DNA from: an uncultured Methanosarcinaceae archaeon
Lineage (GTDB): Archaea > Halobacteriota > Methanosarcinia > Methanosarcinales > Methanosarcinaceae
Length of the DNA stretch: 64,000 nucleotides
NCBI GenBank assembly: GCA_963847185.1
Contig: CAWJYV010000008.1
Span: 320,001 to 384,000 of the forward strand
Direction: 5' to 3'
Below the pieces are notes generated by a model. It searched no databases. It saw nothing but the letters and a program-made list of their open reading frames with translations, and was not told the origin of the DNA. The translations under genes and the position numbers were made by a program. Positions 18,119 through 27,939 of this stretch are shown piece after piece. Position 1 is the first letter of the stretch; each line of letters begins with the position of its first letter.

Positions 18119-18190
18119 TTATTTGAAGTAGATTTGTACACCAAGGCCTGCAAATGCATTAAAGAAGTTTTTAATATTAACGAATAGCAT
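18119..18190 (-). CDS. Divergent family D micropeptide, 23 aa MLFVNIKNFFNAFAGLGVQIYFK
   Basis: SD gggaggg; shares NFF.A.AGLG core with family D; first gene of the minus-strand array. Confidence 0.75.
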   Translation of the reverse strand: MLFVNIKNFFNAFAGLGVQIYFK

Positions 18191-19970
18191 TTTCTCCCTC
18201 CCCATTTTGCATTTTTCCATGCTTATACATTCTCTTTTTCTATCCTTTTTGTATATTTTCAATAGAAAATACACTTATCAGGAATATTTGTACGAGGCTT
18301 TTTCTTAATCCCCTCGGTCGTTAATACCACTCTGGCAAATATCTTTTTATTATTAGGCGTTAATCTTTCGTTTTGGCCTCAAAAAGCCTAACTTTTGCTC
18401 GCCAGTGAGTGTATCTAACTATCTATACTAAATTATATAAGCCCTATAGAACTAATAATTCTTATAAATAATAGTCTTTGAACTTTTTAGAATATTTATC
18501 TAAGATAAATAATATATATTTATATAAAATTTTCATTTATTTCTACTATTCATAATTTGAATACGTCGTTGACTTCCATTATACAAGGATAAAGATAAAT
18601 TATCCTATTAATTAATCAATATTAAAGTTTAATATTAAATATCATACTTAGATTCTATTTTTTCTTTTATTATCTTTTTTTGTCCATATCAAATACTTTT
18701 TACAGGATATTTACTTATCTCGAGTTACTTCTTTGTCCAACAGATTTCTAAATTTTTTGCCAATATTTTGCGAATTTTGGTTTTTTCTTTACTATTTTCT
18801 TTCCAATTAAATATCTTAGAGTGATAATTTTAGATAGTGAATATATCGCTAAAATATCAGTTTACTTTCTATGGGTAGGTTATGAATAAATCCCTGTTTT
18901 GTTCTACCAAACTATTTTGATAAAATATATTGCCTTATGTCATGAAAAGTGTCTCTTATTTTTGATTCTCGGTACTCAGTAGTATTTTTATCCAAGTTAC
19001 TTTTCTTCTCTTTAATCTCTTTATCTTTTATTTTTGCTGTTGAAAAACCATATGTTTTTTGTCAGGAATACTTTCATAGGTGCCCTTTCTTCAGATGGAT
19101 TTTAAAAAAGAATCTTGCAGGGAGTTCAGTAACTCAAAAACTTTGACTTAAAAACAGTAAAAAAGGGAACTCTTCTCCTCTTTCTAAACACTTGGGTAAA
19201 AGCATAATACTTATTTTACAGATCGAAAGTAGTTGCCATTACAGATCTCTAATTTATTTTCTTTTTTCTTACAAAAAGGAATTTATTTGGTGGGGAATTT
19301 CTCCAAAAAGGCAGTGTAGCGAAAGTTCTGTAAAATCACAAATCTCAAGAAGTTCCTTGGACGAAAATACCGTTTCAGAAGAATCTAATTTCATATTGTG
19401 AGAAAAAATTGACTTCATATTTACAGCAAATTTGCGACACTGCTTTTGATATTTCAGGTCATATAATAGTGTGTTCTTAAATTTATTCATCCTATAAAAT
19501 ATAAGTCAATATATATCATTTTCCTAACACGAATGTGTCTACATTACTAACCAGCAAAAAAGAAAAAAATATAATCAGTAATCGAAAATTAATGAAAATT
19601 AATTCATAGACGTTTATTCATTAGATATTAAGAAAGATAACAGTTTAAGTTGGTTCTCTCATTTGATGAATTGTTACTAATATAATTCTTAAAAATTAAG
19701 CTTTATTTCGTTCTATTAATCTTTTTTAGCGTTATCATGATCCTTTTTTTTATATAATGTAATTTTTATGTGTTTTTTGATTAAATGAGCTTCAATTATG
19801 CATTTATCGAGTAAATAAACATCTAAATTCTTTAGTTTATACTCATATTTCGGATAACTCTTTAAAAAAATTTAGAGAGAATAGGTTAAAATGGATTTTC
19901 TTACAATAAGAAGAAGTAAAGAGAATTGAGATTATCCTTATAATTTTTTTCTCATTATATCTCAGTTACT

Positions 19971-20690
19971 TTGGGGGGGAATATGGATATAATCAACGAC
20001 AGTTTACCTGAGGGTGGATTTCCTATTGTCGAACTTTCCAACGTCAGGAAGAGTTATTTACTTGGAAATCTGGAAGTTCCGGTTCTCTCGGATATTAACC
20101 TTAAAATAGGTGTGGGAGAGTTTCTCGCTATTATGGGTCCATCGGGCTCAGGGAAAAGTACACTTATGAACCTTATAGGTTGCCTTGACCGACCTACTGA
20201 AGGTCAGGTGCTTATAAGAGGAAGCGATCTCCAGAGAATGTCAGACAAAGAACTTGCCCGCTTAAGGGGGCTTGAAATAGGTTTTGTTTTTCAGAATTTT
20301 AATCTGGTTCCGCGCCTGACGGCTCTTGAGAACGTCTTGCTCCCTACTTTTGCAAATTCGAGAATTAGTACTGATCCAGTAAAGCGTGCAAAAGAGCTCC
20401 TTGAAACTATGGGGCTGCAGGATCGTATGCACCATAGGCCAGGGGAACTTTCAGGAGGCCAGGCTCAAAGAGTCTCAATAGCAAGGGCGCTTATTAATGA
20501 CCCTGCTATTCTTCTTGCGGATGAACCGACCGGAAATCTTGACTCCAGGACCGGAGCTGAGATTCTTAGAATACTTATGAATCTGAATACCGAAGGAAGA
20601 ACGATAATAATAGTTACACACGACTCTGAAATTGCTAAGTATGCTGATCGAGTCGTTCTGGTGAAGGATGGAATAATCCAGTTTAATTAA
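19971..20690 (+). CDS. ABC transporter ATP-binding protein (LolD/MacB/SalX type)
   Basis: GPSGSGKS, LSGGQAQR, LLADEPTGNLD, VTHD; likely start ATG 19983. Confidence 0.95.
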   Translation: MGGNMDIINDSLPEGGFPIVELSNVRKSYLLGNLEVPVLSDINLKIGVGEFLAIMGPSGSGKSTLMNLIGCLDRPTEGQVLIRGSDLQRMSDKELARLRGLEIGFVFQNFNLVPRLTALENVLLPTFANSRISTDPVKRAKELLETMGLQDRMHHRPGELSGGQAQRVSIARALINDPAILLADEPTGNLDSRTGAEILRILMNLNTEGRTIIIVTHDSEIAKYADRVVLVKDGIIQFN

Positions 20691-20702
20691 AGGTGGGATC
20701 AT

Positions 20703-21950
20703 ATGGAAATAGTTAAAAAGAATGTTGTTGCTTTTTTTTCTTTACTTTTGGTTTTCTCTTCACTTGCAATTCCTGCTTCTGCAGATGTTGGAAGTGCAAG
20801 CCTTAAAATTACAATAATCGAAACAAATCCCTATCCTGCAAAGATAGGGGAATACTTAAACCTTACATTACAGGTGGAAAATGTTGGGCAGGATAAAGCT
20901 GGTAATGTTGACATAGAAGTTATTCCTAAGTATCCTTTCTCTCTTGATCCTGGGATGAATCCCATTCAAAACGTTGGGGCACTCAACCCAGGCAGGACTG
21001 CAACGAAAGAATTCTATCTTTTTGTGGACAAAAACGCTCAGAAAGGAATCCGCTCCCTTGACATCCGGGCAAGAGCCGATAAAGGCAGTCCATGGAGCGA
21101 GAAAAGCTTTGATATAAGGGTCGGTACTCAAACATATAATAGTAAAGGTACAGTTGAACTTGAGAATGTTGTTTCGAACCCAGATATTTTCATGCCTGGA
21201 GATCGGGGCACTGTTACAGTAACTCTCAAGAATACCGCAACCACTCCGACTGTCACCATTGATGAGAGTAGTTATGATACCAATGCCAGAATTCAGTCAG
21301 CCGTTTTAGAGCCATTATCTGATGAGATAATCGTACTTGATTCTCCATATGAAGAAATGGGTATTATAGGGCCTGGAGATAGTATCAAATTAACTTTCAA
21401 CGTTAGGGTTGCAGAGAATGCCATGGATGGGAATCACAACCTTGAATTAGCAATAGAGGGCAATTCTTTCGATTACAATAGCAAAAAGAATATTCCTCTT
21501 AAGGTCGACTCTTCAAATATAAAGGTGATCCCTTCAAAAGCACTTCAGCTTGTCAATGGACAATCTACAATCGAATTTGATGTGGCAAATACCCATCCTA
21601 ACGAGCTTAACTCAGTAAGCATAAAACCTGAAGCTGAGGGTGTGAAATTTTATCCTGCAGAATATTTCATAGGGCCAATGGATCCGGATGAGCTTTTTAC
21701 TGTCGAATTTGATGCTGTAAAAGATAATTCTTCGGGTTTCACGGAAGATTCAGGTAAAATAAACATGAGCCTTACTGCAAATTATAACAATGGAATTAAC
21801 AGGCACGCAAATGTCATCGGGAATCTTAATCTTGCAGACGATTCCGAATCCTCCGAATCAAATTCAACATCCGTAATAGCAGGTGGACTTGTTATTATTT
21901 CTGTTCCTGCGGCCTTTCTGTATTACAGAAGAAAAAAAGCAGCGAGATAA
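20703..21950 (+). CDS. COG1361-like cell-surface protein (signal peptide, Ig-like domains, C-terminal TM anchor)
   Basis: N-terminal signal peptide, C-terminal hydrophobic helix plus RRKK; lies inside the ABC operon. Confidence 0.85.
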   Translation: MEIVKKNVVAFFSLLLVFSSLAIPASADVGSASLKITIIETNPYPAKIGEYLNLTLQVENVGQDKAGNVDIEVIPKYPFSLDPGMNPIQNVGALNPGRTATKEFYLFVDKNAQKGIRSLDIRARADKGSPWSEKSFDIRVGTQTYNSKGTVELENVVSNPDIFMPGDRGTVTVTLKNTATTPTVTIDESSYDTNARIQSAVLEPLSDEIIVLDSPYEEMGIIGPGDSIKLTFNVRVAENAMDGNHNLELAIEGNSFDYNSKKNIPLKVDSSNIKVIPSKALQLVNGQSTIEFDVANTHPNELNSVSIKPEAEGVKFYPAEYFIGPMDPDELFTVEFDAVKDNSSGFTEDSGKINMSLTANYNNGINRHANVIGNLNLADDSESSESNSTSVIAGGLVIISVPAAFLYYRRKKAAR

Positions 21951-21981
21951 ATTAACTGATATCATATTTGTGGGGTAAAAT

Positions 21982-23193
21982 ATGATCAGATTTGCGCAGG
22001 CAACTCGAATTGCTTTGGGGAGTATAGGAAGTGCTAAGCTTAGGTCATCACTTACTACACTTGGAATAGTGATTGGCATAGCTGCAGTAGTTGTTAATGC
22101 ATCTCTTGGTGCCAGTTTCAATCAGTTTTTTACTAATGAAATTTCTTCTGTTGGCTCAAACTTTATTATCACGTACAGCAATCAACCCAATATTTTCTTC
22201 GACAACGAGTACAATTTAATGAAAAGTACCCAGGGGATTACCGGTGTGTCTCCCAGAAAATCGATGACTGGAGAGCTAACCTATCTTTCGGAAACTAATA
22301 CCGTAAACATTGCAGGGGTTAATGAGGATTTTCAGGAAATTCAGGGCTTAAAGATGGAAAGAGGCAGTTTCCTGACAAATAAGGATATTAACTCTGCAGT
22401 TTTAGGGTACAACCTGGCAAATGATGAGTTTAGCAGGGATATATCTCACAGAAGCACCGTGGAAATTGCTTTTCGACAAGAAAACGGTACCGTTGTAACG
22501 AAGACATTTAAGGTAAAAGGGATTCTGCAAAATTCCAAGCCAACTGTTATTAGTGAAGATAGCGATTATGATTTGACCGTCTTTATCCCAATTTCTACTA
22601 TGAATGAAATGATAGGAGAAGAGGATTATGGAACTTTTCTTGCAATGACGGATAGTCCTGATAAAGTCCGTAATGTCGCAGAAAAAGTGGATGATAGATT
22701 AGCACGGAATTTTGGGATCTCAGAAAGGGTTGATGATGAAGATTCAAAACCTTATACTGTTTTTAATCAGGCAGATGTGCTTGAGGAAACTGGGAAATTG
22801 GGCGATTCATTAAGCTCTTTCCTTCTGGTCCTTGCCTCAATTTCACTTTTTGTTGGCTCCATAGGGATTATGAACATTATGCTTGTAACAGTTACGGAAC
22901 GTACAAGAGAAATTGGTATAATGAAATCTGTGGGATACAGCAACTCTAATATCCTCTCTCTTTTCCTGCTGGAGTCTATAATGGTCAGTTTCCTTGGAGG
23001 AGTTGTAGGTACAACTATTGGGGGTTTAGGGGCCTATATCCTTGAAAGTGCTCTTAAACTTCCTCCAGTATTTCCTTTTAAATTGATTGAAATAGGGGTG
23101 ATAGTTTCGATTCTTGTGGGGGTAACTGCTGGTTTGTATCCTGCAAAAAAGGCAGCTCATATGAATCCTGTAGATGCTTTAAGGTACGAGTGA
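21982..23193 (+). CDS. MacB/FtsX-like ABC permease
   Basis: LRSxLTxLGIxIG, GIMNIMLVTVTERTREIG, PVDALRYE motifs. Confidence 0.95.
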   Translation: MIRFAQATRIALGSIGSAKLRSSLTTLGIVIGIAAVVVNASLGASFNQFFTNEISSVGSNFIITYSNQPNIFFDNEYNLMKSTQGITGVSPRKSMTGELTYLSETNTVNIAGVNEDFQEIQGLKMERGSFLTNKDINSAVLGYNLANDEFSRDISHRSTVEIAFRQENGTVVTKTFKVKGILQNSKPTVISEDSDYDLTVFIPISTMNEMIGEEDYGTFLAMTDSPDKVRNVAEKVDDRLARNFGISERVDDEDSKPYTVFNQADVLEETGKLGDSLSSFLLVLASISLFVGSIGIMNIMLVTVTERTREIGIMKSVGYSNSNILSLFLLESIMVSFLGGVVGTTIGGLGAYILESALKLPPVFPFKLIEIGVIVSILVGVTAGLYPAKKAAHMNPVDALRYE

Positions 23194-23660
23194 ATCTATT
23201 ATTTCAATAGATTTATTCTGCTGAAGGGTACACCCCTTATTTTTATTCTTTCTTTTTAGTCTATCTGGCTAAATTGGTATCAGTAAAATAACTTTAAGTA
23301 ATTTCTCAGTTATTGATTTTCATATTATTCTTATGTCTATAGATGAATATTTATTTATGTCTATAGATGAATATTTATGATAGTTTGACAGAAAGTTAAT
23401 ATTTACATTTTTCAGCATGTTGAAAAATATCACTGACGATCTGATTGACAATTTGGCCACTTTTACTATTCCTCTGACTTTAGCCGAAAAGGGTTTTTAT
23501 GGAGCTTGTTAAAGAGACTGAAGTTAGAAGAAATCAAAACCTTGGAAGTATGGTGATCAGAACGCAACAAAGGAGGATTCAAAGACGGGAACTAAAAAAC
23601 ATAAGAATCAGACGTTCCATAATGTACGGATAATTCAGATACAGATAACTTAGTTCTAAT

Positions 23661-24572
23661 ATGAAAAACAATAGAGGGGTAGACATGGAAATTAAAATGG
23701 CCACTGACAAAGCATCTGCTCCCGGCAATTCTGCTCCCAAAACAGAAACCGATTCGATACCTGAGGGGAAAATGGCTCATAATGAAAGCCAATTTGTCTC
23801 AAACGAAGATTCAAGTGATGAGCCCTTTAAATATGAATTATACCGCACAAAAAATCTGCATAGAAGGATGGAGGGAAGGGATAAAACAAGAGCTTCGGTT
23901 ATTGAAGTTATCAATGTCAAAAAAAGTTATTTCCTTGGAGATACGGAAGTTCCGATTCTTCGAGATATTAACTTAGAAGTGTTTGAAGGGGAATTTCTTG
24001 CTATCATGGGTCCTTCTGGCTCTGGAAAGAGTACATTAATGAATCTCATTGGTTTTCTTGACAGGCCTACAGAAGGTAAAATTATGATTAAAGGCCTCGA
24101 TGTCAATAAGCTGTCTGATAAGGAAGTTGCTAGACTCAGGGGATTGGAAATAGGTTTCGTGTTCCAGATTTTCAACCTAATCCCACGGCTTACCGCTCTT
24201 GAAAATGTTGAGTTGCCTACTTATGCAAATGTGAGAAATGGGGTTGATGTTCGCAAAAGGGCAAAGGAGCTTCTAGAACAGGTTGGCCTGGATGACCGTA
24301 TGCATCATAAGCCAGGTGAGCTTTCAGGTGGACAATCTCAAAGGGTTGCAATCGCCCGAGCTCTAATTAATGATCCTGCAATTCTTCTTGCGGACGAACC
24401 CACAGGAAATCTTGACTCAAAAACAGGATGTGAAATCCTGAACATGTTCACAAAACTCAACGAAGATGGCAGAACCATTGTAATGATTACCCACGATCCA
24501 GAAATTGCAAAATATGCAGACAGAATAGTGCTCGTAAAAGATGGAATCATTCAGAATAATCCCAATAGTTAA
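23661..24572 (+). CDS. ABC transporter ATP-binding protein (LolD/MacB type) with N-terminal extension
   Basis: Close paralog of 19971-20690; start uncertain. Confidence 0.9.
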   Translation: MKNNRGVDMEIKMATDKASAPGNSAPKTETDSIPEGKMAHNESQFVSNEDSSDEPFKYELYRTKNLHRRMEGRDKTRASVIEVINVKKSYFLGDTEVPILRDINLEVFEGEFLAIMGPSGSGKSTLMNLIGFLDRPTEGKIMIKGLDVNKLSDKEVARLRGLEIGFVFQIFNLIPRLTALENVELPTYANVRNGVDVRKRAKELLEQVGLDDRMHHKPGELSGGQSQRVAIARALINDPAILLADEPTGNLDSKTGCEILNMFTKLNEDGRTIVMITHDPEIAKYADRIVLVKDGIIQNNPNS

Positions 24573-24608
24573 GTTTCAAAATTTTAAGCTAATCAGGGTG
24601 AACCCAGA

Positions 24609-25865
24609 ATGACAAAAATGAAAAACCGAATTATTCCTTTTGTGCTGTCTTTGCTTTTAGTTTCCTCCATTTTTGCAGTTCCTACTTCTGCAGCTGTTGG
24701 AAGTTCAAGCCTTAAAGTCACAATAGTCGAAACAAATCCCTATCCTGCAAAGATCGGAGAATACCTGAACCTTACGCTTCAGGTAGAAAATATTGGAGGG
24801 GACAGGGCTGACAATGTTGACATAGAAATCGTTCCTAAATATCCTTTCTCTCTTGACTCAGGGATAGACCCTGTCCAGAACATCGGAGCTCTCAATCCAG
24901 GCAGGACTGCAACAAAAGAATTCTACCTTTTCGTGGACAAAAACACTCAGAAAGGAATCCGCTCCCTTGATATCCGAACAAGAGCTGATAAAAGCAGTCC
25001 ATGGAGCGAAAAAAGCTTTGATATAAGGATTGGTACTGAAACGTTTGACAGCAAAGGTACAGCTGAACTTCAAGAAGTTGTTTCCAATCCCGATGTTTTC
25101 ATGCCCGGAGACCGGGGGACTGTTACAGTAACTCTCAAGAATACCGCAGCTAATCCGACTGTCACCATTGATGGGAGCGACTATGATACCAATGCCAGAA
25201 TTCAATCAGCTGTTTTAAAGCCTCTATCTGATGGGATAACTGTTCTAGATTCCCCTTATGAAGAGATGGGTCTACTGGGGCCTGGAGATAGTATCAAATT
25301 AACTTTCAACGTTAGAGTTGCAGATGATTCCATGGATGGAACTCACAATCTTGAACTTTTAATAGAGGGAAACTCTTTCGATTACAATAGCAAAAAGAAT
25401 ATTCCTCTCAAGGTCGATTCTTCAAATGTAAAGGTGATACCCTCAAAGACACTTCAACTTGTCAATGGGAAATCTACAATCGAATTTGATGTGGCAAATA
25501 CCCATCCTAACGAGCTTAGCTCAGTAAGCATAAAACCTGAAGCAGATGGAGTGAAATTTTATCCTGCAGAATATTTCATAGGGCCAATGGATCCGGATGA
25601 GCTTTTTACAATTGAATTTGATGCTGTGGCAGATAACTCCTCAGATGCAGATTTGGATTCCTCTAAGCCTATAAACCTGACGCTTTCTGCAAGTTACAGT
25701 AATGGAATCAATAAACATGAAAATACTGTAAGCAATATGTATATTCAAGATATTGAGGAAAATCAGGGAGGAAGTTCTGGTATAATTATTGCAGGCCTGC
25801 TAACTGCTGTCTTTGTTGCTGCAGGTATATTGATTTACAAAAAGAGAATTAAAAACAAAAAATAA
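24609..25865 (+). CDS. COG1361-like cell-surface protein
   Basis: Close paralog of 20703-21950. Confidence 0.85.
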   Translation: MTKMKNRIIPFVLSLLLVSSIFAVPTSAAVGSSSLKVTIVETNPYPAKIGEYLNLTLQVENIGGDRADNVDIEIVPKYPFSLDSGIDPVQNIGALNPGRTATKEFYLFVDKNTQKGIRSLDIRTRADKSSPWSEKSFDIRIGTETFDSKGTAELQEVVSNPDVFMPGDRGTVTVTLKNTAANPTVTIDGSDYDTNARIQSAVLKPLSDGITVLDSPYEEMGLLGPGDSIKLTFNVRVADDSMDGTHNLELLIEGNSFDYNSKKNIPLKVDSSNVKVIPSKTLQLVNGKSTIEFDVANTHPNELSSVSIKPEADGVKFYPAEYFIGPMDPDELFTIEFDAVADNSSDADLDSSKPINLTLSASYSNGINKHENTVSNMYIQDIEENQGGSSGIIIAGLLTAVFVAAGILIYKKRIKNKK

Positions 25866-26149
25866 ATAACTCAAAATATATTACTCAATGATTAAATTTG
25901 TTAAGAGCTTAGTGGATATGTATTTCGGGAATGTTTCTCCTGAAGTATCCCGATAATTTCAGATTGTGCCTTCCACTACGCTCATTTTTTACAGGGTTAT
26001 ACAGGTCATCACTATTGTGCTTTTAACATAGATTTCTCAATGAAAGGGCTGTCCTCCCCAGATTTAACTATTACTTTATATAGTTGATTTCTAATGAATG
26101 ACGCTTTAGTTTTTTACTCTTTATTTTCTTTCTGAGGAGGTCTTTCTTT

Positions 26150-27502
26150 TTAATTAATCGGAATATTAAAGGTAAACGTGCTGCCTTTTCCTATCTCGGA
26201 GTCCACCCAGATTTTTCCCCGGTGAAGATCCACAAAGTTTTTAGCAATATACAGTCCAAGTCCCGTGCCTCCGTATCCTCTTGCTGTGGAAGAATCTGCC
26301 TGGGTAAAAGGCATAAATATCTTTTCGTAATCTTTGTTTGATAGTCCTATCCCGTTATCCGACACTTTTATCTCAAGCCTTTCTTCCTTTTTAGAGGCAG
26401 TAACAGTAACCTTCCCTTTTTCAGGGGTAAATTTTATAGCATTGCTCATTAGATTATGCAGAATCTGCCTCAGTTTTGTTCTGTCAGCCCTGACATTTCC
26501 AAGAGAAGGATCAACTTTTAATTCTACAGTAATTTTCTTATTTGAAGCCGAAGAGAAAAGGCTCATTCTTACCTCTCCGATAAGGCTAGCAATATCTATC
26601 TCTTCATAATTTAGATTTTTTTCTCCAGTTTCGAGCCTTGAAATGTCGAGCAGATTGTCAATTATTTCCATAAGATTTTTCCCGCTAATGAGGATATTAT
26701 TGACATATTTTGATTGCCTGGTATTCAGAGGTCCGAAAGCTCCTTCTAGCAGTAAATCCGAAAAACCTATCACTGAATTGAGGGGAGTTCTGAGTTCATG
26801 GCTCATGTTCATTATGAAGTTATTTTTGGCTCTGTTTGCAGTTTCTGCGTCCTTTTTAGCTTTAAATAGGATATTTTCCAGTTCTTTCTGTCCTTCCAGC
26901 TGTCCAAATTGTTTCCAGCCTCCTTTTCCTTTGACAAAAACACTGTTTTCCTCCGTTAGATCAGACAACATTCTACCTGAGAGTTCTTCAAGAGGGAGGG
27001 TGCAGAGAAATGTGAGATTTTTATTGTTCTCAAAAGAAGTCGTTTCAATAACTTTTCTGCATGTTTCAAGATAGATATTAAGAGAAAGTCCTGATTTTCT
27101 GAGGTCAAAATTTGTTCTTAGTCCTGTAAATCCTCCAGAAAGGGTTTTTTCATATCCTTTACTTATAAGTTCTTTTACTGCTGAAGTAAGGAGGATAGTA
27201 TTCTCCGGGAGAGGTTCAGCTGACAGAATTTCCAACTGAGAAGAAACAGAACTGTGCCCTATGTCAAGTCCTATCTGTTTAAGCTCATCTTTCACTTTTT
27301 CAGTGATTAGCTCCTCAGGAGAAACCCATAAGCAATATTCCCCTTTTTCAATTCCTTGCTTAAAATAAATACTAAGTAATTCTGTCAACTCTTCTACATC
27401 ATTATATGCGGCAGAGATCTGGAAACTTTGCGACATTCTTGAAAAAAGCTCGGGGTCTTTGTCATTATTTTTTTTCATATTTCCCCCTCCATGTGTTTGC
27501 AA
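26150..27502 (-). CDS. Sensor histidine kinase (MEDS-like N-terminal domain, HisKA, HATPase)
   Basis: MSHELRTPL H-box, NAIKFT, DNGIG, GTGLGL; GIEKGEYCLW MEDS-like segment. Confidence 0.9.
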   Translation of the reverse strand: MQTHGGGNMKKNNDKDPELFSRMSQSFQISAAYNDVEELTELLSIYFKQGIEKGEYCLWVSPEELITEKVKDELKQIGLDIGHSSVSSQLEILSAEPLPENTILLTSAVKELISKGYEKTLSGGFTGLRTNFDLRKSGLSLNIYLETCRKVIETTSFENNKNLTFLCTLPLEELSGRMLSDLTEENSVFVKGKGGWKQFGQLEGQKELENILFKAKKDAETANRAKNNFIMNMSHELRTPLNSVIGFSDLLLEGAFGPLNTRQSKYVNNILISGKNLMEIIDNLLDISRLETGEKNLNYEEIDIASLIGEVRMSLFSSASNKKITVELKVDPSLGNVRADRTKLRQILHNLMSNAIKFTPEKGKVTVTASKKEERLEIKVSDNGIGLSNKDYEKIFMPFTQADSSTARGYGGTGLGLYIAKNFVDLHRGKIWVDSEIGKGSTFTFNIPIN

Positions 27503-27939
27503 TAATGCGTTTTCAATAGCTCACAACCGGGTTTCATACATAGGCTTGCACTTTTTCTATGATATATCACTAGCATATATAAGAAATATACCAATTTATA
27601 CTGTTTGTACAGTTCTTCAGGATTTTAACAAATTAGTCATACAAACTATCAAATGGTGAGTATCTAATAAAATTCTATTATTAGATCTGCTTAATCATTA
27701 TTTTTCTCTAAAGGTTTAGAAATCCATTAAAAGTGGCTATAATATCAGGCTATCACAAAAGTTCTATGATTATTTTTTACCGTTATTTATTATATCTTTG
27801 AGATTAATATTTATTGGGGTTTTTGGGAACTTTCTGTGTCTATCTTAGTTTTACGCAGTTTACGCGCTAAAGCCTGAAGTCCAATTTACACAGGAGCTCA
27901 AGCAGTTTTAGAGCATTCATATGTATAACAGATGATTTT

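Noticed and set aside
13230-18190. Classical RiPP precursor cluster
   Set aside because: No leader-core structure, double-glycine site or modifying enzyme in the window; modification by enzymes encoded elsewhere cannot be excluded
15627-19490. Track ORFs 15627-15824, 18949-19146, 19192-19401 and 19269-19490
   Set aside because: Short AT-rich ORFs without RBS, motifs or paralogs
23499-23633. 44 aa Arg-rich ORF upstream of the second ABC ATPase
   Set aside because: No clear RBS or paralog; may be a decayed N-terminal extension of the ATPase gene
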